DNA of 64,000 nucleotides from Cytophagales bacterium (GCA_025358885.1 JANYHW010000006.1:27-64026); one strand, 5' to 3'; counted from the first letter of the stretch, positions 20,324-30,475 are shown. Numbers and translations: made by a program. Notes: generated by a model from the letters alone, not told the origin.

Positions 20324-20479
20324 GGTCCTCGAATTAATTCTGAAGGTTTATTTCTTTCCGATTGTATAGGTAACCTGCCGTCGGCCTGTTGGGAAAATGA
20401 ATTCCCCTCAACAATGTATTTTTAGGTGCAAATACTGCTTCAGCGCCTGCCAGCGCAGGTAAAACACAACTACAAAGTG

Positions 20480-21622
20480 ATGCAAAGTCAACGTTCTAAA
20501 TTTTCCATTCCCAGAGGAGTAACCTATCTCAATTGCGCTTACATGTCGCCTCTTTTGCGATCAGTTGAAAAGGCCGGAATAAAAGGAATGATTTGCAAAC
20601 GAAATCCACTCGATATTTCAGCCAGTGATTTCTTTGAAACGACGGAATTACTTCGAAATGAATTCAGCTCCCTTGTTCACGCAAATAACCCTCAACGCAT
20701 TGTGCTGATATCTTCCGTTTCATACGGACTGGCAAATGTTACCAGAAATGTCAAAGTGAGATACGGAGACAAGATTATTGTTGCCTCTGAACAATTCCCA
20801 AGCAATTACTATCCATGGCACAAACTGTGCCTTGAAACTAAAGCCGAGCTGCATGTTGTAAGAGCTCCGGAAAGTCTCGTCAGTAGGGGAAAGGTGTGGA
20901 ATGAACGGCTCCTCAATGCGATTGACCAAAGAACTAAAGTAGTTGCGCTTGGGAACGTACACTGGGCAGATGGAACACTCTACGAGCTTGAAAAGATCAG
21001 GTTACGAACCCGTGAGGTAGGCGCGTTGTTAGTTATCGACGGTACCCAATCTGTGGGGGCATTGCCTTTTGACATACAAAAAATTCAACCGGACGCACTT
21101 GTGTGCGGAGGTTACAAATGGCTTATGGGTCCCTATTCGCTCGGCCTGGCGTATTATGGCGAATACTTTGACAAGGGGACACCCGTAGAAGAAAACTGGA
21201 TCAATCGCCTGCACAGTGAGGATTTTGCAGCATTGGTAAATTATCAGGCTGAATATCAACCCGGCGCGTTGAGGTATGAAGTTGGTGAGCATAGTAATTT
21301 CATTCTTGTGCCTATGTTGCTGGAAGCACTGAAGCAGATAAACCGATGGGATCCCGCACGCATCCAGACCTATTGTGCCGGGATCTCTCATCGGTCCATT
21401 GAACTATTGAGGGAGCGTGGCTATTGGGTGGAGGAGGAAAAGTACCGGGGACATCATCTCTTTGGTATCCGGTTTCCAAAAGGCACAAACCTTGAGTTGG
21501 TGAGAGAACGAATTAAGAAGCAAAAGATTTCCGTTTCCTTTCGCGGTGACTCCATGCGCATTTCCCCCAATGTGTACAATGAAGAAAAAGACTTTGAACG
21601 ATTGCTCAGCGCACTATTTTAG
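20480..21622 (+). CDS. Class V PLP-dependent aminotransferase (cysteine desulfurase/isopenicillin-N-epimerase-like)
   Basis: YLNCAYMSP, VIDGTQ, GGYKWL (PLP lysine) and RISPNVYN; start at ATG 20480. Confidence 0.9.
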   Translation: MQSQRSKFSIPRGVTYLNCAYMSPLLRSVEKAGIKGMICKRNPLDISASDFFETTELLRNEFSSLVHANNPQRIVLISSVSYGLANVTRNVKVRYGDKIIVASEQFPSNYYPWHKLCLETKAELHVVRAPESLVSRGKVWNERLLNAIDQRTKVVALGNVHWADGTLYELEKIRLRTREVGALLVIDGTQSVGALPFDIQKIQPDALVCGGYKWLMGPYSLGLAYYGEYFDKGTPVEENWINRLHSEDFAALVNYQAEYQPGALRYEVGEHSNFILVPMLLEALKQINRWDPARIQTYCAGISHRSIELLRERGYWVEEEKYRGHHLFGIRFPKGTNLELVRERIKKQKISVSFRGDSMRISPNVYNEEKDFERLLSALF

Positions 21623-21623
21623 T

Positions 21624-22445
21624 TCAAGCCATCACCGTTACCATACTTAGTACTGGTTGAATTAACTTTGCCTTACCGGATATCGATATCTCATTTAGAT
21701 CAGCGGCACTGAGGACAGCTTTTGTAAATAGCCGCCATGAGATGTCAACGGGGATGACAATCGAAGCCTTGCAGGGTTGGTTGAAGTGTGTCCTTAATAT
21801 CCATCCTTCATCCTGTTTTTCAAGAAGCCATGAACCACCGGCCTCTGAATCAATGGTGATTTGCAGACAGGTGCCTACAGGTGCTTTAACATTTCTGTAG
21901 TGATGGGGCAAGGCCTGCATGAAAGTGTCAAGCACAGGCCAGTAGAATTCCCGGGTCAATATCCCCGGTTTTTCTACCGCATGACTAATCTGCTGTTGAT
22001 GATGCCATTTTTCAGTGAATTCCCGGGCAACATGGAACCAATTGAGTGACACTTTATCGCCTGCCCAGGCAACGCTGAATGGAGCCTGCGCCAAAGGATT
22101 AAGATGTTCCAACTCCTTGATATATTCTTCATGTGTTTGGGATAGCCATTCGGTCAATTGCCGTTCACTGAGCTGTCTCATGGCAGTAACCCATTCCCCA
22201 TTTATCCGGTTGAGGTACTTTACGATGTCGTCATAGGTATGGAGTTCATCAGCCTGGCCTGGAGAATACTTGTCCCTGAAAAGAGCGATGCATCGAATGT
22301 TTCCATCCAAAAGATGCGCGACTACATCCTTCACCGTCCAATGGCCGGCAACGGTCCTTTTGTTCCACTCTGCTTCGCTGAGTTGTTTCAGGAGTTCCAT
22401 CAGCTTTTCATTGAGGGGGCGGAAGAGATGAAGGGTTTCAATCAT
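21624..22445 (-). CDS. DinB-superfamily maleylpyruvate-isomerase N-terminal-domain protein
   Basis: WTVKDVVAHL and EKWHHQQQI motifs; SCP2-like C-terminus. Confidence 0.8.
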   Translation of the reverse strand: MIETLHLFRPLNEKLMELLKQLSEAEWNKRTVAGHWTVKDVVAHLLDGNIRCIALFRDKYSPGQADELHTYDDIVKYLNRINGEWVTAMRQLSERQLTEWLSQTHEEYIKELEHLNPLAQAPFSVAWAGDKVSLNWFHVAREFTEKWHHQQQISHAVEKPGILTREFYWPVLDTFMQALPHHYRNVKAPVGTCLQITIDSEAGGSWLLEKQDEGWILRTHFNQPCKASIVIPVDISWRLFTKAVLSAADLNEISISGKAKLIQPVLSMVTVMA

Positions 22446-22512
22446 GGCATTTGGATTAGAACCTTTCTATTGAAATGTGTTGCGTTTGAATCGAATTTAG
22501 TAAGTTAGTTGG

Positions 22513-23160
22513 ATGAAGAAAATACTTTTGTTCGTGCTTCTTTTTACGACGGTGATTTGTTCTTACGGCCAGTCATTTGTTTTTGTATTTCTCAACAAGA
22601 AGGCAAATTCAGAGGGACTTCCAAAGGATCAGTTGGACAAACTGATGGACGGCCACATGGATAACATTAAGCGACTGGCCAGTGAAAATAAATTATTGGC
22701 TGCTGGTCCATTTGATGGGGGAGGAGGTATTTTCATCTTTAATTCAACATCGAAGGAGCAAGTGAAGGAATGGCTGGAGACTGATCCGGCTGTTCAGGCA
22801 AAGAGATGGGATGTTGAGATGTTTGGATACAAGCCCGTTATTGGTTCAGTGTGCGCCGTACCGGAGCCTATTACGATGACGATGTACAATTTCGTAAGAT
22901 ATGAAGCCAACATTACCAAGTATACTATTTCAAAAACGGCGGATGGTATGAAGGAGCACGATGATTACATCAAGAAACTTGCTTTGCAAGGAGACGTCGT
23001 GACGCAGGGCACCTTTGGTCCTGATGAGGGGGGCATCCTTGTCATGAAGGGCGAGTTGAAGAAGGAACTGGTCGAGGATGATCCGGCAGTTCAAAAAGGA
23101 TTCATAAGCTCTGCATTTAAGAGCCTTTACATAGCAAAGGGCGCTTTTTGTGAAAAGTGA
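22513..23160 (+). CDS. Secreted protein with tandem YciI-like domains
   Basis: Signal peptide; two repeats of H...G(P/T)F..GG(I)..DPAV. Confidence 0.75.
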   Translation: MKKILLFVLLFTTVICSYGQSFVFVFLNKKANSEGLPKDQLDKLMDGHMDNIKRLASENKLLAAGPFDGGGGIFIFNSTSKEQVKEWLETDPAVQAKRWDVEMFGYKPVIGSVCAVPEPITMTMYNFVRYEANITKYTISKTADGMKEHDDYIKKLALQGDVVTQGTFGPDEGGILVMKGELKKELVEDDPAVQKGFISSAFKSLYIAKGAFCEK

Positions 23161-23169
23161 TATTGGGTA

Positions 23170-24039
23170 TTATTCGACTACAACTACGGCGAGTTTCTTA
23201 CCATCTGCACTCACCGCCATTCGCGTGACTCCCTTTAGCAACCCGGCGCCGGAAGTTACCGTAACCTCATTCCAACCAGGACCGCTACCCGGAGTGAAGG
23301 AATAAATCTTTGGTCCATCACTCATTAGAATTTTTCCATTGGGAAGCCAACACAGGTCTTCTGATCCACTGACTGTCGTGCCAATGAGAACAATCTTTTT
23401 GGTATACGTATTGAATTTCTTGATCCACCATTCTTTTTCGGAAACCTTGTGAACAAAGCTGATGGCATTCTCTCCGGGTACTTTATGCAAGGACCTTCCA
23501 ATGTCTTGTGCAAGTATGGTGTCCCTTTTTATAGGAAGCAATAAATAATGGAGTGTGTTGGGTGTTCCCAGGATAAACAGACCGAGGTGACTGTTATCCG
23601 CCCATACATGATAGCCAACCGTCATCTTGTCAATGATCACGAAGGGCTCGCCTCCATCAATGGGATATTTCCCAAGGTCCTGCGCTCCGTTGTCACGTTG
23701 TATGATGCAGGACAAATATTGTTTGTCAAGCGTTACAGTCGGAGAGTATTCCTTTTCAGGTGTTTGTGTGATGGGTTTCGTTTGCTTGACTTTATAGTTG
23801 TAACTCATAATGTCTGTTCGACCGTCCTCATTGGCAGAGGTATAGTACACCACGGGCAAATCAGGATGAAAGAATGGCTGGTTGTCGTACCCTTTGTGAT
23901 TGGTAATATTGATCGGGGTTGACAGAGAGATTTTTCCCTTTTTTTCGGTGAGGTCAAAAAGATAGATTTCTGAACCAACTTGTGCGGAAGCCAGCCTCGC
24001 AAAAATGGTCAGAAAAAAGAAGAGGCCAATTTTATTCAT
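23170..24039 (-). CDS. Secreted TolB-like/PD40 beta-propeller protein
   Basis: Signal peptide; YDNQPFFHPD, EYSPTVTLD and MAVSADGKKLAVV blades. Confidence 0.75.
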   Translation of the reverse strand: MNKIGLFFFLTIFARLASAQVGSEIYLFDLTEKKGKISLSTPINITNHKGYDNQPFFHPDLPVVYYTSANEDGRTDIMSYNYKVKQTKPITQTPEKEYSPTVTLDKQYLSCIIQRDNGAQDLGKYPIDGGEPFVIIDKMTVGYHVWADNSHLGLFILGTPNTLHYLLLPIKRDTILAQDIGRSLHKVPGENAISFVHKVSEKEWWIKKFNTYTKKIVLIGTTVSGSEDLCWLPNGKILMSDGPKIYSFTPGSGPGWNEVTVTSGAGLLKGVTRMAVSADGKKLAVVVVE

Positions 24040-24164
24040 GTGGGGGTCTGTTAAGATCAAAGCGGAACTAAATTTAATACTTTTTAGTCGGAAGCTTGAA
24101 GCTCAGGGGGTACTACGGTGGTCATACCCTGTAAGGGGTATCCTCGATTGCCTGCGCTTAAGTT

Positions 24165-26696
24165 CTATTGCCCCACCATGAAGACCGCATTGGAAAATAA
24201 GAGCTTACCACTTTCCCAGAAACTCCGGAATAAGGGATTATCTACGATATAGACAATATTTCCCTGGCCCTTTTCCTCCACGCCCAGAACGAGGCTGTTA
24301 GCCATTTTCTTGTTCACCTTTTGACCCGCGAAGCCTTGAATAGGTTTGGCGTCACCCTTGATCACACCGACGTTCCATCCACCATCGAGGTAGCCGTACC
24401 GAAGCTCATTCGTTTTCAGTGTGTAGTAGCTATCCCCTAATCCAAAGGCCAAGGGATGAGATTTGTCGAGTGTTATCTTGTAAATGGCGCCTGATATTGA
24501 TTCTGAGAGTCTCTTGCGTTCGGCATCTTCAAAATGAGTGAGGGCATCTTTTTCTTTGGCTTCCTTCTGCTTTTTTTCTGCTTCAGTCTTCTCCGCATCG
24601 GTGGCGTACGCCTTCAGCCCGAACCCTTTTTTCTCTGCAAAGGAAGTAAGACCATTGGCGAGAACAATCAAGCGTCCTCCCGTTGAAACCCATGTTGTAA
24701 GTTGCTCCAGCATGGCATCATCAAAAAGCCGGTAGTTGCCTTCGGGGACAACGAGTACATCGTACTTTTTCAGGTCTGTGTTTTTGATATACTCTGTACT
24801 CAATTGTGTGATGGGATAGTGAATTTGCTGTTCAAAGAAGTGCCAGATTTCACCCGCATTCAAAGACGAGGTCTGATCTCCAAACACAACGGCAATCCTT
24901 GGAGCCTTGAGGTAGTTGACATAACCCGAACCAAAGTCTTTTCCCTTTTCCACAAACCCGGTCGTTGTCGTATAGATTTTTCGTCCCATCTTTTGGGCCA
25001 GCGCTACCACGACTTTGTCAAAGTCGGCGATGCTTTCGTTGTTTCTTCTGGTAACGATGAGGGTGCCAGGCTCAAACTGTTGACCATTCGCGAAAAAGGT
25101 CAATGAAGCTGAACGCACTTTCACATTTTTCTGAAGCAGGGCAGCCAGAAACTCAACATCCTGGACACCTTCATACTTGAACATATAGGCGTAGGGAGTT
25201 GGAGGCGTTTGTGTGCTTTCGGGTGATTTGGGTTGAAAAGCCTTTGCTGCATTTATCCTTTCGTTTAATGCATACCCTTTCAGGTTGTAGCTATACATCA
25301 GGTTCCAGGCGGTGATATCATAGGTTGCAGAATCAGACAGCCTGGATTGCGGTTCGAATACAGCCGTGATAAACCGGGATTTTGGCTGATAGATATTTAC
25401 AACCACGTCATCGGTCGACAAATTGAACCCTGCCATTGTCTGGGTGTGATATTCATACCCCCGCGCAGGTTTGCCAGCTGCAGGATAGCCATACTTGATC
25501 CCATGGGTGTCCATCCATTGGGTAATTTGATTGAGCTTGTCTGCGTTGTTATCCCCTTTGATGACATAGGTCTTGTAAGGGGCAGCCGGAGCAGTCATGT
25601 TTTCTTTGGCATACTTTTCAAATTCGTCCACCACGCGGCTTGCGTTAAGCGAAGTAATTTCCACGGTAGAGATACCCGTTGTAAAATGGTGGGTGAGGCG
25701 GTCTTTCAGTGTCAGGGGATCACCTTCCCGTGTCGTCACACTAAGTCCCCCGGATCCTCCTCCTCCTTGTTCATAGGTCATGCCAATGGCCCCACTGTAG
25801 GTGGGATAGGTGTCGCCATAACTGGGGTAGTACAGGTCAAAGACTTCTTTGGTGAAATAGAGCCAGCCCTGTTCATCAAAATATTTTGCATTGTTCTTGC
25901 CGATCATGGTTTGAAATTCGCGTTGCCACTTGCTAATGACATCGTGAAAGGGTTCTGCTGCAGGGGCGAAGTAGTATGGATTGTTATATCCTTGTTCATG
26001 GAAATCGACATGAACGTGAGGAAGCCAATCATTATAGATTTTTATGCGCGCCTTTGATTCTGTCTGTGATTGCCACGCCCAGTCGCGGTTAAGGTCAAAA
26101 AGATAGTGATTCGCTCTCCCGCCTGGCCATGGTTCGCGGTGTTCCTTGGCGTCGGCACTTGGATTGGGCGGAAAGTTTCCGTACTGGTTATAAAAATTGG
26201 CGTAACGATCGCGGCCGTCAGGATTGATGCACGGATCGATAATGACAACCGTGTTTTTAAGGAACTCTTTTGTCTTGGCATTGGCCGGATTCACCAGTTC
26301 ATAAATAGTTTTCATGGAAGCCTCCATGGAATTGGCCTCATTGCCATGCACGTTATAACTCAACCACACGATGGCAACCTTGTTTGCTGACGGACTTCCT
26401 TCAATTACACCAGCCCGTTTCAGGTTGTCCTGACGAATTTGTTCCAGGTTATTAAAGTTCTCTCCGGAAGCGATAATCGCGTAGACCAGCGGACGGTGCT
26501 CATAGGTCTCTCCGTATTGTGTCAGCTTTACATTGGATGAGACTTCGTCTACGTGTTTGAAGTAGGCAACCACTTTATCATGACGGGTAAATCGGTCACC
26601 CAGTTCATAACCGAGAAACTCTTTTGGTGATTGAAGCGTAGCTTGACCGCTGGAAGCGAATGAAACAAGGATGAAGAGGACTAAGAATTTATGCAT
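24165..26696 (-). CDS. Secreted M14 zinc carboxypeptidase with C-terminal class-I GATase-like domain
   Basis: VHGNE (HxxE), DLNRDW, DFHEQG, MTYEQ; YDVLVVPEG in the C-terminal domain. Confidence 0.9.
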   Translation of the reverse strand: MHKFLVLFILVSFASSGQATLQSPKEFLGYELGDRFTRHDKVVAYFKHVDEVSSNVKLTQYGETYEHRPLVYAIIASGENFNNLEQIRQDNLKRAGVIEGSPSANKVAIVWLSYNVHGNEANSMEASMKTIYELVNPANAKTKEFLKNTVVIIDPCINPDGRDRYANFYNQYGNFPPNPSADAKEHREPWPGGRANHYLFDLNRDWAWQSQTESKARIKIYNDWLPHVHVDFHEQGYNNPYYFAPAAEPFHDVISKWQREFQTMIGKNNAKYFDEQGWLYFTKEVFDLYYPSYGDTYPTYSGAIGMTYEQGGGGSGGLSVTTREGDPLTLKDRLTHHFTTGISTVEITSLNASRVVDEFEKYAKENMTAPAAPYKTYVIKGDNNADKLNQITQWMDTHGIKYGYPAAGKPARGYEYHTQTMAGFNLSTDDVVVNIYQPKSRFITAVFEPQSRLSDSATYDITAWNLMYSYNLKGYALNERINAAKAFQPKSPESTQTPPTPYAYMFKYEGVQDVEFLAALLQKNVKVRSASLTFFANGQQFEPGTLIVTRRNNESIADFDKVVVALAQKMGRKIYTTTTGFVEKGKDFGSGYVNYLKAPRIAVVFGDQTSSLNAGEIWHFFEQQIHYPITQLSTEYIKNTDLKKYDVLVVPEGNYRLFDDAMLEQLTTWVSTGGRLIVLANGLTSFAEKKGFGLKAYATDAEKTEAEKKQKEAKEKDALTHFEDAERKRLSESISGAIYKITLDKSHPLAFGLGDSYYTLKTNELRYGYLDGGWNVGVIKGDAKPIQGFAGQKVNKKMANSLVLGVEEKGQGNIVYIVDNPLFRSFWESGKLLFSNAVFMVGQ

Positions 26697-26852
26697 CGGA
26701 GTAGTGATAAGGGTTAATAATTTAAACCTTGAGGTACAATGAATTTCGCTAAGCTAACGGTTAAATGTTATCTGGCTTGGAAGTATTATTTTAATGGCCG
26801 CCCCGGTTAAACATTGAATACATTGGGATTATGAATGGTGCTGGGCATGCAA

Positions 26853-27377
26853 TTAAAGCAATTTTTTTATTTGAGGGGTATGATGGATGACGTGCTCCCT
26901 GAAGAATATGAGTGCATGCCTGATGTTGAGATATCCGGCGCGTGGATGTTTGAAAAGTTTACGCCTAGTGTATTGATGAGGCACTTTTTCCAGGAATGAC
27001 TTCAGGTCGGTCCTCACGGTCTCCCATTCCTTCTCGATGGAAGTCAGGTCCACCATGGAGATTGTATTCTCGACGATTTTTTTCGGGACCTTGAATTTCA
27101 AACCGGGAAGGCGCTGCGATATTATTAATAACATCATCTTTACCTCCTCCCAAAGGCCGGTATCCACCAGCGTCTCCACCCCTTGAATCTTTTTCTGGAA
27201 ATACAATAGGGAAAGTTTTTCGCCACCGATCAAATGGCTGAGGATTTGAGCGACAGACCATTTGCCGGGCGAAGGAGGTTGGCTGAATTGCTGTGCGCTG
27301 AGTGTACGGACCATGTCCAAAGTTTTTTTGCGCTGCAACTCGATTTCTGAGAATATTTTCTGAAAAGACGGATGCAT
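26853..27377 (-). CDS. DinB-family protein
   Basis: WSVAQILSHL and FFREHVIHH motifs. Confidence 0.85.
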   Translation of the reverse strand: MHPSFQKIFSEIELQRKKTLDMVRTLSAQQFSQPPSPGKWSVAQILSHLIGGEKLSLLYFQKKIQGVETLVDTGLWEEVKMMLLIISQRLPGLKFKVPKKIVENTISMVDLTSIEKEWETVRTDLKSFLEKVPHQYTRRKLFKHPRAGYLNIRHALIFFREHVIHHTPQIKKLL

Positions 27378-27436
27378 AGTTGCTGTTTGTCAAAAATAAT
27401 CAATGTAGGTCGTCCTTGGGCTATTCAAATCCTTTC

Positions 27437-28075
27437 TCTAAAGATTCCGCCTAAAGTGACCACAGTTTTCGTTTCATAGTGACCACCTTAAACTAGGTAA
27501 AAAAGCATTGAGATCGGTTGACCTGAAAGTTGATTGAAAAGGGTACCTCTGCGCCCTTTAAAATCAAACTTTTAATGGCCAACAAACCGATCCATATGAG
27601 TAAACTAAGACAAGTATTAAAACTGCGCTGCCAGGGGCAGAACAAGCTGCAGGTAAGCTCCATCACCGGTGTTCCCCGCAACACGGTAAAGAAGTACATC
27701 TACACCTTCATTCGTCTAAGCACGACCTGGGAAGATGTGAACCAACTTTCCGAAAAAGAGCTGGATATACCTTTCTGCGAGGAGCCTCAACCCTCCATTT
27801 ACAATCGTCTTTCACCGCTGCATGATTACTTTAAGACTCAGGAGAAGCGATTGAAGCAGCGTGGAGTAACGTTGCTGGGCTTGTGGGAAGACTACCATGT
27901 TCAGTTTCCGGATTGATTTAAGCTAACTGCCTTCTATCGGCATTACAATCTATGGAAGCGACGCTGGTATCCCAGCATGCACGTGGAGCACAAAGCCGGT
28001 GACAAGATGTTCATTGATTACACCGGAGAGAAGCTTTATGTGATTGACCCTTCCACCGGGGAGATGAAAGCCATG
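27437..28075 (+). mobile_element. Truncated IS21-family insertion sequence remnant (left end plus 5' istA)
   Basis: AAGATTCCG end-like motif followed by AGTGACCAC repeats at 27455-27463 and 27478-27486, then an istA-like frame. No istB or clear right end. Confidence 0.8.
27575..28075 (+). pseudogene. istA: IS21 transposase IstA pseudogene (internal TGA, 3' truncated)
   Basis: MANKPIHMSKLRQVL..SRNTVKKY-type HTH, TLLGLWEDY, TGA at 27914-27916, then in frame SMHVEHKAGDKMFIDYTGEKL..DPSTGE; similarity stops near 28072. Confidence 0.85.
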
Positions 28076-28325
28076 GATACTTGTCATTTGCCGATGAAGG
28101 GTTGCTATAAGTATCAAATATTAAGCTAGGAGCATCGCTGGGGAGAACTTGTAAATGACAGCTCGTACATCGTACATTAGTAAATTGAGCAAAAACTAAC
28201 TCTTTCGACTTAATAGTTCGGCCAAGGCCAAAGGCGCCCAACACTCAGGGTAATATCAATATATCGGAGTCTTTGTTGCCCTATCATAAAAACATTAGAT
28301 GTAACACCACTGAAACAAAAAGCTG

Positions 28326-28898
28326 ATGGAGCAAGCAAAAGACGACAAAAAATCAAATCTGGGACTCATTGGTTGGGTTCTGTTCATTATTGGAATTGTT
28401 CTAATGTTTAACGGACTAGGAACCTTTATCCTCTATGGACCAATCTTCCTGACTACGTTCATTATTGCAATAATCTTAATGACACGGAGACAAGTTGGTT
28501 CAGGAATCTCTCTCCTATTACTGACCCTAATCTTGCCACCAATCTTTTGGTTTGGCATTCTTGCATATAGGGTCGGTGACACAATGAACACAATTGAACA
28601 AGAACGAAAAACAGAAACCCAAGATAAGATACAAAGTATCAAATTTGAGGACGTCAAAATCTCTAACCGAGGGAATTACATGTATTGCGAGGGGAAGGTT
28701 AGGAATACTGGGTCAATGACCTATGAATATATTAAAGTAAAAGTGGAGTGGCTCGACAAAAGCGGAACAATTTTAGACACTGATTATACATATGCAGTGA
28801 GTGGAGAAGGATTGTCACCTAATGAAGCTAAATCATTTAGCATTATGACCCGATCCGACTCTAAAATGACAAACGGACGTTACTACATAATAGAGTGA
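28326..28898 (+). CDS. Membrane-anchored FxLYD-domain protein
   Basis: Three N-terminal TM segments; GKVRNTG..IKVKVEWLDKSGTILDT..LSPNEAKSF matches the FxLYD Ig-like pattern; DNA is AT-rich. Confidence 0.75.
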   Translation: MEQAKDDKKSNLGLIGWVLFIIGIVLMFNGLGTFILYGPIFLTTFIIAIILMTRRQVGSGISLLLLTLILPPIFWFGILAYRVGDTMNTIEQERKTETQDKIQSIKFEDVKISNRGNYMYCEGKVRNTGSMTYEYIKVKVEWLDKSGTILDTDYTYAVSGEGLSPNEAKSFSIMTRSDSKMTNGRYYIIE

Positions 28899-29086
28899 CG
28901 AAGGGAAGAAAATAGTCTTGAGGAAGGAAAAATAAAGAAGAAGGAATTGAAAGAATCCATTTATTAGGAGGCGTGGTAAGTTTCAGTAACTGTATGAAAT
29001 TGACTCCAAGGGTATAATGGATATTCCATAGCCTTTCCAGCTTTGCATATGTTGTCATTTACTTCTATTTTAGATTTATGTAAGCG

Positions 29087-29542
29087 ATGCATAATATTGT
29101 TCTTGTTTGTACTGCACATACGGAAACCGGGAAATGTAATTCTGATGAATTGCATAAAATCATTGAATCCCTAGGCCCCGATGTAATTTTTGAAGAACTA
29201 TCTAGTGATTTATTTGATAAGTTTTATAAGACCAATCAGTTTCCGGAAGGAACGTATTGGATTCTTGCCATGTGTATCCAGGTACTTTATTTTACGCTCA
29301 TGGAATCTTCCAAGACTCAGGCAACCGTTGGTAAAATGGCCATGGGTATCATTGTGACAGATACCAACGGAGCCAAACTCGATTTCGCAAAAGCATTTGT
29401 CCGCAACCTCTGCAGGCTTCTCTCAAACCTCACCTTGTTAATTGGTTATATCATTGCAGCTTTTACGGAGAAACACCAGGCACTGCATGATATTATTGCA
29501 GGAACCCTGGTCGTGAAAAAACCAGCCGCAGTTCAAGCTTAG
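29087..29542 (+). pseudogene. In-frame chimera: N-terminal fragment of an unrelated protein fused to the C-terminal part of an RDD-family protein
   Basis: After about 29250 the frame reads QATVGKMAMGIIV..RNLCR..KHQALHDIIAGTLVV (RDD C-terminus). The N-terminal RDD 'R..A..ID' helix is absent. Confidence 0.7.
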
Positions 29543-29575
29543 TATCGAAGCTTTAGTATCGGGATTACGGATTGT

Positions 29576-30475
29576 TCAGCGCAAGAACTTAATTCCATTT
29601 GTCAGAATCGAGATGGTTGCGGGCAGAAGTCCAGCCATCTCGCCTTCAGCCTCCAACAAACAGGGTTGGGGTGAGTGAAGACTGATGTGTTGGATGGTGT
29701 TATACCGGATTTTTTCGTCATTTATCTTCTTCCTGCCCTTTATTCGCTGCACGCAAAGCAAGAATTTCAATAAGGAAAGGTCTCCGGCTATAAACGTGTT
29801 GAGCGCGCCGTCGTCTGGTTTAGCATCCGGGGCAATGTACATCGCGTTGCCGAAAGATATTCCGTTTGCAATGGCGATCACCCGCGCCTTTCCTTGCCAT
29901 ATCCATGAATCTGCTTTGCACATAACTTCCTGGGGTTTATGAGTAAAGAATACAGATATGATGCTGGAGAGGTATGTAATCTGTGGTCCCCACGCCCTGC
30001 TGGTATTCACTAACCGATCTACAACTTTTGGCCCCATTCCAATGCTGCACGCATTGATGAAGTATCGAATAACAGAATTACCCTCGGGGTCGCAACAAAC
30101 AATTTTGCCTACATCGGTTGGCTGGGGCCTGGCAGCATTCACCAACTGAATGATTTGATCGGTATCCATTCTGATGCCGCACATCTTCGCAAAATCATTA
30201 CCGGTTCCCATAGGAATGATCCCCACGATCGGTGCATTTCCCACGGGATCATTCATCACTCCGTTGATGACTTGGTTTAGCGTGCCATCTCCACCCGCGG
30301 CTAAAATAATTTCAAAGCGGTCAAGCATTGCCTGGCGCGCCAGTATCTCCGCTTCGCCTGATCGTTGGGTCTCATAAACCTTCAGGTCAAGATGACGAGC
30401 AAGGACCGGTTGGACTTCTTTGTAGAATTTCTTTTTCTTTCTGGAGACCCCATTAAGAATGATGGCAACTTTCAT
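29576..30475 (-). CDS. Diacylglycerol/lipid kinase family (YegS/BmrU-like)
   Basis: AAGGDGTLNQVING, IPMGTGNDF and YFINACSIG motifs. Confidence 0.92.
   Translation of the reverse strand: MKVAIILNGVSRKKKKFYKEVQPVLARHLDLKVYETQRSGEAEILARQAMLDRFEIILAAGGDGTLNQVINGVMNDPVGNAPIVGIIPMGTGNDFAKMCGIRMDTDQIIQLVNAARPQPTDVGKIVCCDPEGNSVIRYFINACSIGMGPKVVDRLVNTSRAWGPQITYLSSIISVFFTHKPQEVMCKADSWIWQGKARVIAIANGISFGNAMYIAPDAKPDDGALNTFIAGDLSLLKFLLCVQRIKGRKKINDEKIRYNTIQHISLHSPQPCLLEAEGEMAGLLPATISILTNGIKFLR

Noticed and set aside
24105-24141. Alternative hairpins (ATACCCT-GTAA-GGGGTAT) after the M14/GATase gene
   Set aside because: Short stems with no U-tract, best explained as an ordinary 3' stabiliser.
27530-27574. 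TTG-started extension of the istA ORF
   Set aside because: IstA similarity starts at MANK (27575).
29233-29250. Possible IS21 right end at the chimera junction (ATCAGTTTCCGGAAGG)
   Set aside because: Only a loose match to the reverse complement of the left end, with no GTGGTCA repeats or terminal CA.
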